From: Bythopirellula sp.
Lineage (GTDB): Bacteria > Planctomycetota > Planctomycetia > Pirellulales > Lacipirellulaceae
Assembly (NCBI GenBank): GCA_965216565.1
Contig: OZ244170.1
Coordinates: 1,664,001 to 1,728,000 of the forward strand
Direction: 5' to 3'
Length of the DNA: 64,000 nucleotides
Shown: positions 46,078-56,673 of the stretch, one piece after another
How the letters are laid out: each line of letters begins with the position of its first letter
Position numbering within the stretch: position 1 is the stretch's first letter
Notes under the pieces: generated by a model
Told to the model about the DNA's origin: nothing
Database searches by the model: none
Seen by the model: the letters and a program-made list of their open reading frames with translations, nothing else
Program-made: the position numbers and the translations under genes

Positions 46078-48123
46078 CTACCAAATGCGAATTCGCTCCT
46101 CCGCCGGCTTAAACAGCCCATCCCCCTCCAATAGCTCGAAGGCTTCGTAGAAGGGAGTAAAGTTCGTAACCGGTCCATTGGCTCGGTAGGCAGCCGGTGC
46201 ATGGGGGTCGGTCAGCAGACGGTTGACCATCTCTGCGTCCCGATACTGTCTCCGCCAACTTTGACTCCAACTAAGGAAAAATCGTTGAGGTCCCGTCCAG
46301 CCATCAATCTCGGGAGCCTCGTTGCCATCGAGTGAGAGCTCGTAGGCCTTGTAAGCAACAGACATCCCAGAAAGGTCGGCGATGTTCTCACCCAGCGTGA
46401 GCTGCCCATTCACATTGCGACCCGTTAGTGGCGAATAGCCCTCGTACTGTTCCACGAGTTTCCCCGTCAGGTCTTGAAACGACTTGCGATCTTCGTCGGT
46501 CCACCAGTTTTTCAGGTTGCCATCTCCGTCGAATTTACTCCCTTGATCATCGAAGGCGTGACTAATTTCGTGGCCGATGATCGCACCGATACTGCCGTAG
46601 TTGGCAGCGTCGTCGGCAGTGAAGTCAAAGTAAGGCGGCTGAAGAATTGCCGCGGGAAATACAATCTCGTTAAGTGAAGGGCTATAGTAGGCGTTCACGG
46701 TCTGCGGCGTCATGAACCATTCTTCGCGGTCGACCGGGCTGCCCAGCTTGTCGAGCATCCGCTGATGCTCAACTCTTGCGGAACGCATAAGGTTCCCCAC
46801 CAGATCGTTATCGCTAACTTCCAATGCCGAATAGTCTCGCCATTTGGTGGGATGGCCGATCTTGGTGTTTATCTTTTTTAGCTTTTCGTGGGCTCGCTCT
46901 TTTGTTTCGGGTGTCATCCATTCAAGCTGATCGATGCTTTCGTCAAATGATTGAAGCAGATTCTTGACGAGTACATCCATCCGCTCTTTGGCCTCAGCAG
47001 GAAAATGTCGCTCGACGTACATGCGACCAACTGCTTCACCCAGGGCACCCATGCCCCGCGCCCCAGCAATAGCCTCAACGGCCCGCTTCCAACGGGGCTT
47101 GAGTTCTTCCATGCCACGAAGTTGTTTGCCGTACAGTTCAAAGTTGGCTGCGACAAAATCTTCCGAGAGCGCCATCGCATAGGAATCGACAATGTGATAG
47201 CGCGTATATTGTTTCCAAGTATCCAAATCGGTTGTTTCAAGGATATCTTGCAACGCTTCCATAAAGCTGGGTGTGTTGACGTTTACATGTGCCAAATCCT
47301 GGGTGCCGGCTGAAGTGAAAAACTCGCTCCAAGCGATGTCGGGGGCCCGACCAATCAACTCCTGGATTGTGTGCTTGTTGTAGCGTTTCTCAGCATCGCG
47401 GAGTTCGGTACGCTCCCAATGGTGTTGCGCAAACTGCTTCTCCAGACTCAATATATCGCTGGCTATGTTTGGATCAGCAGGAAGTTCGGCCAATTCGAAA
47501 ATCTTGTTGATGTACGTTTTCAGCGCAGCGCGGGCTTTTTCATATTTCGGACCATCTTCTAGGTAGTAGTCCCGGTCTGGAAGGCTCAAGCCCCCTTGAA
47601 TAATCGCTGCCAAGTGCTGGTCGGACTGTTTGTCGTCCTGATCTACATAAAAGCCTATTGGGGTGGTCACGCCGATAGTTTGCAGATATCCCCAGTGACG
47701 AACTAAATCTTCCACATTGGAAATATCGTCTACCTTCGCAAGTTGCTCTCGCAGTGGCTCGATGCCACGTTGTTCGGTTTCACTGGTATTCATATAGCTC
47801 TTGAAAAAATCGCCGATCTTTTTTTCGTCGCTTCCGTCCGGGTAGTTACCGGTGGTCGTCTCTTTGAAAATCTCCAGCACGTGCTGTTGCGATTGATCGC
47901 CGAGAATCTCGAATGCCCCGTACGTAGACTTCTCAGCTGGAATCGGCGTGTGCTTGAGCCATTGACCATTGCCGGCGAGAAACAGATCGTCTTGAACACG
48001 CACGGACCGATCCATCCCCCGATTGTCGATACCAGAATTCAACTCCTCTGCCAGGACGACACTTGGGCAACAAGCCATAGCGATACAAGGAATCAGCCGA
48101 AAAAAACTAGAAGGGGAAAACAT
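46078..48123 (-). CDS. M13 family metallopeptidase (neprilysin/PepO-like)
   Basis: VNAYY, FPAAILQPP, IGHEISHAFDD (HExxH) and GENIAD; signal peptide. Confidence 0.96.
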   Translation of the reverse strand: MFSPSSFFRLIPCIAMACCPSVVLAEELNSGIDNRGMDRSVRVQDDLFLAGNGQWLKHTPIPAEKSTYGAFEILGDQSQQHVLEIFKETTTGNYPDGSDEKKIGDFFKSYMNTSETEQRGIEPLREQLAKVDDISNVEDLVRHWGYLQTIGVTTPIGFYVDQDDKQSDQHLAAIIQGGLSLPDRDYYLEDGPKYEKARAALKTYINKIFELAELPADPNIASDILSLEKQFAQHHWERTELRDAEKRYNKHTIQELIGRAPDIAWSEFFTSAGTQDLAHVNVNTPSFMEALQDILETTDLDTWKQYTRYHIVDSYAMALSEDFVAANFELYGKQLRGMEELKPRWKRAVEAIAGARGMGALGEAVGRMYVERHFPAEAKERMDVLVKNLLQSFDESIDQLEWMTPETKERAHEKLKKINTKIGHPTKWRDYSALEVSDNDLVGNLMRSARVEHQRMLDKLGSPVDREEWFMTPQTVNAYYSPSLNEIVFPAAILQPPYFDFTADDAANYGSIGAIIGHEISHAFDDQGSKFDGDGNLKNWWTDEDRKSFQDLTGKLVEQYEGYSPLTGRNVNGQLTLGENIADLSGMSVAYKAYELSLDGNEAPEIDGWTGPQRFFLSWSQSWRRQYRDAEMVNRLLTDPHAPAAYRANGPVTNFTPFYEAFELLEGDGLFKPAEERIRIW

Positions 48124-48300
48124 AGAATCGATACCTCTATCTCTGAATCTGAATGTAATGATCTAAGTGTAGAATTGAGTGGGTTTGCCAATTCTACCTG
48201 AATCGCTGCAGACGGACGAGAGCGACTTGGAGGAGACGATCGAGTATTAAGTTCGCCTGCATCTCTACGGGACGAATGGCTGTTGGTAAGATTGAGGCTC

Positions 48301-49437
48301 ATGAATGTTGCCGACCTGACTTCCGATCTGAAGCAAAAAGCCGAGACACTTGGTTTCGAGCTGAGTGGCGTCTGTTCCGCGGATGCTCCGGCTGGTCTTG
48401 GTCGACTCGATGAATGGCTGGCAGCCGGCTACGCTGGTCAGATGCAATACATCGCCGATCGTCGCGAAGCCTATGCCCATCCAGGACACGTTCTCGAAGG
48501 CGTCCACAGCATCCTGATGCTTGGCATGCACTATCGAACTGAGGACCCCTGCGCTACGGTTGCAGGCGAAGGCCGCGTTTCGCGTTACGCCTGGGGATCG
48601 GCCGACTACCACAACGTAATTCGAGAACACCTACACCAGTTAGCAGATTATCTGCGGACGCTCGTTCCTGACGCCTTAACCCGTGGCGTTGTTGATACGG
48701 CACCGCTACTCGAGCGCGAGTTCGCTCAGTTGGCAGGGCTTGGGTGGGTGGGAAAAAACACTCTGCTCATCTCGCCCGACTCGGGCAGCTACTTCTTTCT
48801 TGCGGCACTGCTTACTGATGTCGAACTAGCAGCCGATTCCCCGCACGTCATCGATCATTGTGGTACTTGCACCGCGTGCTTAGAGGCCTGCCCCACGGAT
48901 GCCTTTCCGCAGCCCTATGTACTCGACGCCACCCGTTGCATCAGCTATTTAACGATTGAATTGCAGGATGTAATTGCAGAAGATTTGCGTCCAGGTATGG
49001 GCGATTGGCTTTTCGGCTGCGATGTGTGCCAGGATGTTTGCCCCTGGAACCGTCATGCCCCCCAATCGAAACAGATTGAATTTCAACCTCTCGAATCTAA
49101 TAATCCGCTTGAACTGGGCAAGCTTTTTGAAATGGACGAGGCGGCATTTCGAGAGCGTTTTCGGCACACTCCGCTGTGGCGGTCCCATCGGCGAGGTTTG
49201 CTCAGAAACGCAGCAATTGTGCTTGGTAATCAACGGGCGACCGGCTGCCTGAAGGTACTGGAACTTGGCTTAAACGACCCTGAGCCCTTAGTGCGGGGTG
49301 CCTGCGCCTGGGCGTTGGGGCAGATGCCCACCGGAACAGCCAGTGAAGTGCTGCAGCATTTTCTCTCCATAGAACAAGATCCGCACGTGGTGGCGGAGCT
49401 GTCTTCTGCCTTGGCAATGCAAAACGGACGATCTTGA
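48301..49437 (+). CDS. queG: Epoxyqueuosine reductase
   Basis: SRYAWG.DYH, VDTAPLLER, GWVGKN, CGTCTACLEACPT, CISYLTIE and GCDVCQDVCPWN; C-terminal HEAT. Confidence 0.95.
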   Translation: MNVADLTSDLKQKAETLGFELSGVCSADAPAGLGRLDEWLAAGYAGQMQYIADRREAYAHPGHVLEGVHSILMLGMHYRTEDPCATVAGEGRVSRYAWGSADYHNVIREHLHQLADYLRTLVPDALTRGVVDTAPLLEREFAQLAGLGWVGKNTLLISPDSGSYFFLAALLTDVELAADSPHVIDHCGTCTACLEACPTDAFPQPYVLDATRCISYLTIELQDVIAEDLRPGMGDWLFGCDVCQDVCPWNRHAPQSKQIEFQPLESNNPLELGKLFEMDEAAFRERFRHTPLWRSHRRGLLRNAAIVLGNQRATGCLKVLELGLNDPEPLVRGACAWALGQMPTGTASEVLQHFLSIEQDPHVVAELSSALAMQNGRS

Positions 49438-49494
49438 CGCACGAGGTGAGGCATTCAAAATAAATAGAGCCCTTTCCTAAACGTAAAACCGTTC

Positions 49495-49530
49495 CCCTAA
49501 CCCTTCTCCCGAAAACGGGGGAGAGGGGGA
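49495..49530. repeat. Short REP-like hairpin
   Basis: CCCCTAACCCTTCTCCCGAAAACGGGGGAGAGGGGG; a related degenerate hairpin lies near 50874-50904. Confidence 0.45.
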
Positions 49531-49545
49531 TAGATTTTGTTTCTT

Positions 49546-50634
49546 ATGTTCAAAATTCCTACCCAACTACGTATCGGCCCGTTACTTTTGGATTCCCCCG
49601 TGATTCAAGCTGCGCTCAGCGGCTACAGCGACACGGCCATGCGACTGATTGCAAGACGTCTGGGCGCTCCTTACACGCTGTGCGAAGTGATGCTGGACAA
49701 GTTTATTCTGCAAGTGAAAAATCGGCCCAAGAATCACCACATCATGTACGTGGCCGAAAACGAGCACCCGGTGGGCGGCCAATTGATGGGCGCCGAGCCT
49801 GAAAAATTTGGCCCCGCCGCCAAGAAACTAGTCGAGCGCGGTTTCGACGTGATCGACATCAATTTTGGTTGTCCCGTGAAAAAGGTTTTGGGACGCTGTC
49901 GAGGCGGGTTTCATCTCAGCCAACCAGAAGTGGCTCTGGAAATCGTGGGACGAGTGCGTGAGGCCGTTCCGAGCCATATCCCGGTCACAGTGAAAATGCG
50001 TCGCGGCTTAGATGACTCCTCTGAAAGCCGAGACAAGTTCTTTGAAATTTTCGACGGCGCCTATTCTTTAGGCGCGGCGGCAATCACGGTGCATGGCCGA
50101 ACCGTCCAGCAACGCTACGATGGCCCCTCGCGGTGGGAATTTTTGCGAGAGTTGAAGAAGCACGCTGGCGAGCGTGTTGTGCTAGGCAGTGGCGACTTGT
50201 TCGACGCCCAAAGCTGCATCGACATGATGCAGTACACAGGGGTCGACGGCGTGACGGTTGCACGCGGAGCCATCGGCAATCCCTGGGTATTCCAGCAATA
50301 TCGGGCTCTAGCGGCGGGACAACCATTACCCGATCCGCCTACTCTGTTCGAGCAACGGGAAGTAATCGCTGAGCATTACTCCCTGGCCGAGGAATTATAC
50401 GGGGAGCAGCGGTGCGTCCCCACCATGCGAAAGTTTGGCATCAAATATTCTTGCATGCACCCCAATCACAAATTGGTACGCGCAGATTTCTGCAGCGTAA
50501 AGCAAGCGGGAGCGTGGCGAGACGTGCTCGAGAAGTGGTATGCAGTGAACGCACCCGGCGTTCACCCGCCCATCGAAGAGCCCAATCCGATTTCCCAAAG
50601 TCAATCCAACCTTATGACGGCATCCGCTGGGTAA
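49546..50634 (+). CDS. tRNA-dihydrouridine synthase (DusB-like)
   Basis: IDINFGCPVKKV, VTVKMRRG, TVHGRT, GSGDL and ARGAIGNPW motifs. Confidence 0.93.
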   Translation: MFKIPTQLRIGPLLLDSPVIQAALSGYSDTAMRLIARRLGAPYTLCEVMLDKFILQVKNRPKNHHIMYVAENEHPVGGQLMGAEPEKFGPAAKKLVERGFDVIDINFGCPVKKVLGRCRGGFHLSQPEVALEIVGRVREAVPSHIPVTVKMRRGLDDSSESRDKFFEIFDGAYSLGAAAITVHGRTVQQRYDGPSRWEFLRELKKHAGERVVLGSGDLFDAQSCIDMMQYTGVDGVTVARGAIGNPWVFQQYRALAAGQPLPDPPTLFEQREVIAEHYSLAEELYGEQRCVPTMRKFGIKYSCMHPNHKLVRADFCSVKQAGAWRDVLEKWYAVNAPGVHPPIEEPNPISQSQSNLMTASAG

Positions 50635-50673
50635 CGAATTGAGGAAGGCAGCTTTTCCTGAGGACTTTTTCTG

Positions 50674-50859
50674 ATGGCTACGCGATTAGCACAGCTCATA
50701 GTTTATGTTTTCATTCTGATTACTGTGGTCATTTTCTTCGTAGACTTAGTTTCGCGAGAGAAAAGCCTCCAGGGAACAGCCGATGCAGCAAAGTATGGGC
50801 TACCACTTTCTGTCGTATTGTTCGTCGCGTTCTATTGCCACTGCAAACAATCAAAGTGA
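50674..50859 (+). CDS. Possible small two-TM membrane protein
   Basis: GAGGA upstream of the ATG; two hydrophobic stretches in 61 aa. Confidence 0.4.
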   Translation: MATRLAQLIVYVFILITVVIFFVDLVSREKSLQGTADAAKYGLPLSVVLFVAFYCHCKQSK

Positions 50860-50944
50860 ATCTCTGCCGTTAAGTCTCTCGCCCCTCTGGGAATAGGCGA
50901 GGGAATTATTGCGCTCTGAAGTTGCTTCCCCTCGATTCCAAAGC

Positions 50945-53900
50945 CTAACGCCAGATTCCGGGAACCCAACCTTTGATGCGGTCGGTGAACCCAGGGCTCG
51001 ATTCTTCTGTGGCTTGCTCGTCGGCGGGCGTCTCGGCAGATTCTTCTGATGCGGTGTGCCTAGCCAGATTGGGGGCCGCAGCCGCTGCGGAAGGGACGTA
51101 TTCGAGCAGATAACGAGCCCAATAGTCATCCAGTAGTCTCCGGCAGTCAACAATTTTGCCGTCCTCAAGCGCAGTTCGTGCCGCGTAGATCTGTTTTACC
51201 AGCGCCCCACGCCGAGCGTTGTCGAACTTCAAATCGGAGAGTTCGACATCATCGATGAAGAGACGACCTTGCCCAACCAAATGGACAACAATTCGCAATT
51301 CTCCCTCGTCGTCCAGGGGAACATCGTCCACGGGGAATTCGAATCGCGACCATTCGGAATTGCTAATTTGCTCGACAGGAATTTGTGCATATTGCTGGTA
51401 ACTCGATTCCTCGCGAGCGTCCTGCAATGCGATGTAGACTTTCGTCTCAGGAGCGATCTCTTGAACCTGCATGTGGAGCGCCAGCGCGATCTGCCCTGTT
51501 TCGGGCATTGGAAAAGGATGACTTTCCACGGCTACATTCGATCCGGGAACACTTTCTATTGCCAGGGAGTGTTCACCCGTATGCGCTGTCTCAGAGTGAA
51601 GTCTCATCGATTGCGGCAAGCCAGACCGTAATTGCCAACCAAAGACGGTTTCGTCAGATTCTAGGAGCTCGAATCCTGGGTTGTGCAATTGATTGTAGGG
51701 GCGTTGAATCTCAAGATTCCTAGCTCGCGATTCGATTTCGTCAATCGAGTGCTGCAACTCATTTTTTGCAATATCAGACGACTCGACAATTGGCTCGTCG
51801 ATTCGAATCTGACCGTCCTGGAAGGTCCACGCTTGAACATCGTAAGGACGTAAAGAAATCTCCCACGTATGGTCTCCGGCAGAAAGTTGGCCAACGCTAT
51901 CCAGGCTCGGTTCTTGGCCGTTCGTGCTGTTGCTATCTAAAACCGACCATTCAGTCTCAGCCCCTGAGTGTATTGGAAGCTGAAGGCTCACCGACCAGGG
52001 CGATTCGTTTGCCAGCAAAACCGTTGTTGTCTCTGCCAAGCGGTAGGTTTTCAAAAGCACAGGTTGGCTCTGCGTACTGCGAACTTTCGCACCTGCTCCG
52101 GGTAGTTTCTTCAGAATAGAAAACACCCGGCGAAGGCCATCGTGATGGCCGAATGGTTGGGAAGGTCCTCCGAAAACGAAAGACTGAATTTCGCCTCGCG
52201 CAAGCTCCGAGACAATCTGCTTCCGCAGGGCGTCTTCACTCGGTAAAGAGAGACTCTCCAAAGAGAGGTAACTGCGGTCCGCCCCAAAAGGGCTCTTGGC
52301 GTCGAAGGACGTCAATCGTAGCCGTTGTGGCAGAGTGTGAACCAGAGCCCCATTGTTGAGATTGGCAGGGACCAGTTCACCCTTCACCGCTGCAACGTTT
52401 TGCCGCAGATCGAGTGCCTGCCGATGCAGTTGCGAGGACGAACCCAAGCGATAGGGATTTAAGACGGTAATCTGTTCGTTTTGCTCAAGCTCAGCTAGGT
52501 TTAATCCGTGGTCAGCCAATATTTCACCAAGCTGGGCAGGTTCGGAAAGCGACTCGCGGAGGCGTTGGCGTTGACTCTCCCCCGCAAACAATTCTTCGGT
52601 CGTAAGCAATAGCTTGAGATCTGAGCGTTGCGACTGCAGTGCAGTGGCAGTCTGGCTGTAGAGCTTTGTGATACGCCCGTTTCGCCACTGTTTCCATTGC
52701 TCCAGATTAGGACCAACCAAGCTACGCGCTCGCTGGATATAGCGATCTTCCCCACTTCCTGGGAGGGTGATGCCCGTTTCTGCCTCGAAGAGGCCAATCG
52801 TTTGATCGTCGAGTCCCCAAGTCAATCCCGGCAAAGTGGCGTACCCACGTCCAGATAGTTGGACGCCAACAGCGCGAAATGAACTATGCCGCTGATAGCG
52901 TTGTCCGATTTCGGCAATCACGTTGACAATAGCCTGCTGCACTTGCGGATCGAGGGGATTGTAATAGGCACCCAAACCGTCGCTAGTCTCGTGATGCTGT
53001 TGCCAGGAAAGCCCCGCGTGGTTGATCAATTCGATCCCAACAGTTTCCGGAGCGGAACTCTGCTTGGCAGATTCTAGCTCGGGGAGCGGTGTCGCAAGTT
53101 GAACCACAGGCACTAGCTGTAAGCCTTCTCGATCGAACACTCGCATTAGCAGTTCCAGCACATCCTTTCGAACAGGATCTTGCGCGGCGGTGGCTTGCAA
53201 TCCGGTATCGTACTTGGGGGACGATTTCAGTACGCGGCTCGGATACAGCGTGCTCCCGTCAGCCGCGACTGTGACGAGCGCTCCGTTTTGGCCGCAGAGT
53301 TTCAGGTATTGTGCATAACGATTTGCTGCGTTGAGAAATGTCTTCCAGCCGTCGACACTTAGACCACTCTTAGGGTCGAGAATCTCAGCGGCACCGAATT
53401 GTTCAGATAATGTCGGGCGCGCTAGGTAACTAGCAATCAACCGATCTTGGGTCGAATTCTTGTCTGCATCGCTAGCTACAGAAGACTGATTGCCATGTTG
53501 CAGGAGCCGCAACTTGCCAAATTGGGCTGGCAAGCTCTCGTGTCGATTGACCAACAAGAGTTGTGGCGAATCGCTTTTCGGCCAAAAAACGATTCGATGA
53601 ACCGAAGTCTGCCCGTCGACCTGTGATTGTTGCTGCACAGAAAATAGGCCCGAATCGACGTTAGGTTTCGTCACTCGGCCAGCTGCGTCAGGCTCGACTA
53701 TGCTAATCGACAAGTGTTGTTCCGCCCCGGTAGGAATCTCAATTTCAATCAAATGCGGCTGTCCAAGTTCTTTCACTGGGAGCGTGTAGGACTGCCAATA
53801 GGGCTCCGCCGCATTTCCCTGGGGCGGCAATTCCAGAAGTTCGCCAGCTGGGAAGGGACGAACCACCGGTCGAACGTTGCCGATCGACCCGGCGGGCTTA

Positions 53901-54904
53901 CCACTCAAACGCGATACCTGGGCCCAAGCCGGCAATCTTTGCCACCAACTTGGGTTTGCTGGATTGATCGAAAGTACTGGCTGCCATTGGTCGACGAGTT
54001 CCGGCAACTTGGCAGCCGGGTCGATGACAACGAACTCCACCTCTCGGCTTGCAAACACTTCAGCTTGTTGCCAAGGGACGAATCGGTTGGCAAATCCATC
54101 CTGAGATCGCGCCTGGATTGAAACCCGATAAACGTTTTCAACTATCGGGCAATTGATGTCGAACGCCAACTCCCGATTGACTCCGTTTTTGACGAGCTGG
54201 CTTGCCTGCCACAGAACTGTATCGTCGTCGTACGCATGCAGCTTCAAGTCCAATAATACGGGGCCGTTGCGTACTTCTGCTGCCAAGTCGGGCTGCAGGC
54301 GGAGCGTCCAGTTTTCACCAGGCGAAAACACCAGGCTGTCAATGGGTGGAATCACGCGGAGCTTATCACCGGGACTTCGGTGCGCTAGGAAGAAACTGCC
54401 AAACTCGTCTAAGCGTTTGGAGACTTGTCCCGAAAGAACTTCGCTCAGGGCAACCTCAATTTCCCGCGACTCAGGCGACTGTTCTGAGCGAAGCAAGATC
54501 CGCAAGCGAGCGTCTGGCAATGCACGGACCGTGACGTCGCAACCGTCGAAGCTCCGTTTTACTAAAGGTGCTATGACAAGGCCTGACGATTCGAGTCTCA
54601 ATGCCGCGGCTTCGTCTGCCTCAATGCCCAACGGCTGCAAGTCACTGAGCTGACCGCCTGTGCATGAGACCCGTCCCGTCCAACGCTGGAGAGTGTCGCT
54701 GCCACTTCCCCAGGCCAGTCGGAGTCTTACTGTGACTTCATCCGCATTGGCTGCTACAACGTGGGATGGTCTGCAGAATAAAAGAAATAGAATCGTACCC
54801 GCGCAACACAACATCCAACGTAGGCTCCGGTTTTCACCGGCGCACGTCGGCCTGAAGCGAACTCGTCGCCACACTATCGGACTTCCTTGTCCGACCATGC
54901 TCAC
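50945..54904 (-). CDS. Large secreted protein with a glycosyl-hydrolase-like (GHL10-type) TIM barrel and a CBM-like domain
   Basis: Signal-like region, GSTLYPS, DVLELL and YYNPLDPQVQ (GHL10-like), and NPGFE (CBM-like) near the C-terminus. Start is uncertain. Confidence 0.65.
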   Translation of the reverse strand: MSMVGQGSPIVWRRVRFRPTCAGENRSLRWMLCCAGTILFLLFCRPSHVVAANADEVTVRLRLAWGSGSDTLQRWTGRVSCTGGQLSDLQPLGIEADEAAALRLESSGLVIAPLVKRSFDGCDVTVRALPDARLRILLRSEQSPESREIEVALSEVLSGQVSKRLDEFGSFFLAHRSPGDKLRVIPPIDSLVFSPGENWTLRLQPDLAAEVRNGPVLLDLKLHAYDDDTVLWQASQLVKNGVNRELAFDINCPIVENVYRVSIQARSQDGFANRFVPWQQAEVFASREVEFVVIDPAAKLPELVDQWQPVLSINPANPSWWQRLPAWAQVSRLSGKPAGSIGNVRPVVRPFPAGELLELPPQGNAAEPYWQSYTLPVKELGQPHLIEIEIPTGAEQHLSISIVEPDAAGRVTKPNVDSGLFSVQQQSQVDGQTSVHRIVFWPKSDSPQLLLVNRHESLPAQFGKLRLLQHGNQSSVASDADKNSTQDRLIASYLARPTLSEQFGAAEILDPKSGLSVDGWKTFLNAANRYAQYLKLCGQNGALVTVAADGSTLYPSRVLKSSPKYDTGLQATAAQDPVRKDVLELLMRVFDREGLQLVPVVQLATPLPELESAKQSSAPETVGIELINHAGLSWQQHHETSDGLGAYYNPLDPQVQQAIVNVIAEIGQRYQRHSSFRAVGVQLSGRGYATLPGLTWGLDDQTIGLFEAETGITLPGSGEDRYIQRARSLVGPNLEQWKQWRNGRITKLYSQTATALQSQRSDLKLLLTTEELFAGESQRQRLRESLSEPAQLGEILADHGLNLAELEQNEQITVLNPYRLGSSSQLHRQALDLRQNVAAVKGELVPANLNNGALVHTLPQRLRLTSFDAKSPFGADRSYLSLESLSLPSEDALRKQIVSELARGEIQSFVFGGPSQPFGHHDGLRRVFSILKKLPGAGAKVRSTQSQPVLLKTYRLAETTTVLLANESPWSVSLQLPIHSGAETEWSVLDSNSTNGQEPSLDSVGQLSAGDHTWEISLRPYDVQAWTFQDGQIRIDEPIVESSDIAKNELQHSIDEIESRARNLEIQRPYNQLHNPGFELLESDETVFGWQLRSGLPQSMRLHSETAHTGEHSLAIESVPGSNVAVESHPFPMPETGQIALALHMQVQEIAPETKVYIALQDAREESSYQQYAQIPVEQISNSEWSRFEFPVDDVPLDDEGELRIVVHLVGQGRLFIDDVELSDLKFDNARRGALVKQIYAARTALEDGKIVDCRRLLDDYWARYLLEYVPSAAAAAPNLARHTASEESAETPADEQATEESSPGFTDRIKGWVPGIWR

Positions 54905-55074
54905 GCTTTGGAGTTTAGGGTCTACACTTGGACTGTTGCCCGTGGAAGAAACTACGACCGCCTCAATGCAATCGCCTTTGCCGAATGGCGAAACACGGGC
55001 TCCAAGTGGGGGCGGAATTCTAGGAAACGCTGAGAAATGCTACCAGGGCAGCTCACCCGACAATGCTAGCAAGC

Positions 55075-55536
55075 TCACTGCTGGTCGCCGCTACCGTTAT
55101 TAGTCTCTGAGATAGCCTGTTGCGTCCAAAAACGCTGCATTTGCATGTAAATGAACGATGCCGACCAGGCAATCATAATTAGCCCTGTTAGCGTTTCGAT
55201 AGCAGTCATCAACCGCAAGTTTTCAGTCGGTGTGATATCTCCAAAGCCCAATGATGTGTATACGACAAAGGAAAAATACCAATAGTCGCTCACATCGCTA
55301 CTCATATTTCCCTGCAAATTCCCATAGTCGCCGCCACTCAGCAGCCCATAGCCTAGTGAGAACAGAGAAACTTCTAACACATGGGCGAAGATGAGCACCA
55401 AGATACTGAAGCCCACCCAGCGACGCGTATGGAAATCTCGCTTCATCAGAAACAGCGAGAGATTCGTCAGGAAAAAGTAGTGAACACCTACTGTCACTAA
55501 AGTTAGAAAACAGGCAGTAATGAGTACGACAGGCAT
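55075..55536 (-). CDS. Stand-alone potassium-channel-family pore protein (Ion_trans_2)
   Basis: YFSFVVYTSLGFGDITP pore motif flanked by TM helices. Confidence 0.88.
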   Translation of the reverse strand: MPVVLITACFLTLVTVGVHYFFLTNLSLFLMKRDFHTRRWVGFSILVLIFAHVLEVSLFSLGYGLLSGGDYGNLQGNMSSDVSDYWYFSFVVYTSLGFGDITPTENLRLMTAIETLTGLIMIAWSASFIYMQMQRFWTQQAISETNNGSGDQQ

Positions 55537-55552
55537 GCCAGATTATAGCTAG

Positions 55553-56197
55553 TCAGTTGGCGGTTCGCATCACAAGATTCACAGATCCAGCGCGAGATTG
55601 ATAGCAACAAGAAGGGACGAAATAGCCAACTTCGCCCGCGGGAATATACCGCCCAGCGAAGATTTGCCATCGATCACCATGCGTGTGCAATACCGCCTTG
55701 CGGTTTCTTCCGTGCCATTCCCACCGCTTGCCCGTGGCGAGGTCGAATACTCTGAGCCCCGACTTCGATTGCAAAAGCGTCCAGTTTCCCTCGGCATCGA
55801 GTTTCACCGAGGGCGTGTCACCGGTGATTGCCAACGACTCCCGCAATCCTGGGGCTCCCCGTTCGAGAATCTGACGTTGCATTTCTTCTGAAATGCGCAA
55901 GTCCAACATCTCGGTCGGCAAGATGGTTCCCTCACCAAAGGCATATCGAAATCTACCCTCGGGCAAAGCAATCCCCCAAACTCTTTTCCCTAGCTGGGGA
56001 TGATAATAGTTATAAGCCATCCCCGGCCGAACCTGCTCGGGCGGCACGAGCTCCAGGGCTACTTTTTCCAAACTAGGTTGCACTCGGTACACATCTTTTC
56101 GCCCTAAGGTCTCAGACTCTTGGGCTTGACTTTGAACACTGACGAAAACGACTAGTAAGGCACTACATAACGCAGACAATATCCGAGGGCAGTTCAT
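55553..56197 (-). CDS. Secreted hypothetical protein
   Basis: Likely ATG at 56197; signal peptide ending SQA. Confidence 0.7.
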   Translation of the reverse strand: MNCPRILSALCSALLVVFVSVQSQAQESETLGRKDVYRVQPSLEKVALELVPPEQVRPGMAYNYYHPQLGKRVWGIALPEGRFRYAFGEGTILPTEMLDLRISEEMQRQILERGAPGLRESLAITGDTPSVKLDAEGNWTLLQSKSGLRVFDLATGKRWEWHGRNRKAVLHTHGDRWQIFAGRYIPAGEVGYFVPSCCYQSRAGSVNLVMRTAN

Positions 56198-56347
56198 CTT
56201 GGGATTCCTAAGCTGTAGCGAGAGCAAAATGTTTGTTTATCGAAAGAAGCGGGACGCGAACACCGGTCACAGAAACTAGTATAGTTGCGAATAATCCCGG
56301 GACGACGAAGTGACACGCGGATTCAAGCAAGGCAATTCATCAAACCC

Positions 56348-56449
56348 TAGCCACAAAAACCCCAAACAGCCCAGGAGCAAGCTAACAAGCTCTCGTGTGT
56401 GTTCTTGTGCCTTTCATGGTTACCTAATAGATCATGGCTACCTAATAGA
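56348..56449. repeat. Degenerate REP-like inverted repeat with an 18-bp tandem duplication
   Basis: TAGCCACAAAA ... TTCTTGTGCCTTTCATGGTTA; TCATGG(T/C)TACCTAATAGA x2 at 56414-56449. Confidence 0.5.
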
Positions 56450-56673
56450 AAGAGAAGCCTTACGCTAGAAACGGCCCCTCTTGGACCTAATGCTACCCCG
56501 ATTCTGGATCTTGAGTGACAGAAGTGCGTCACCCTAACTTGGATTGATCCCCACAATCGTCAGCTACGACCCAACACAACCAGCCACCTTGCTGCCGCTA
56601 AAAGTTACTGTACATTATTATACCTGCACAGCCTCACCCGAAAACTCATCCCTCCATCGGCGTTTCAAGCACC

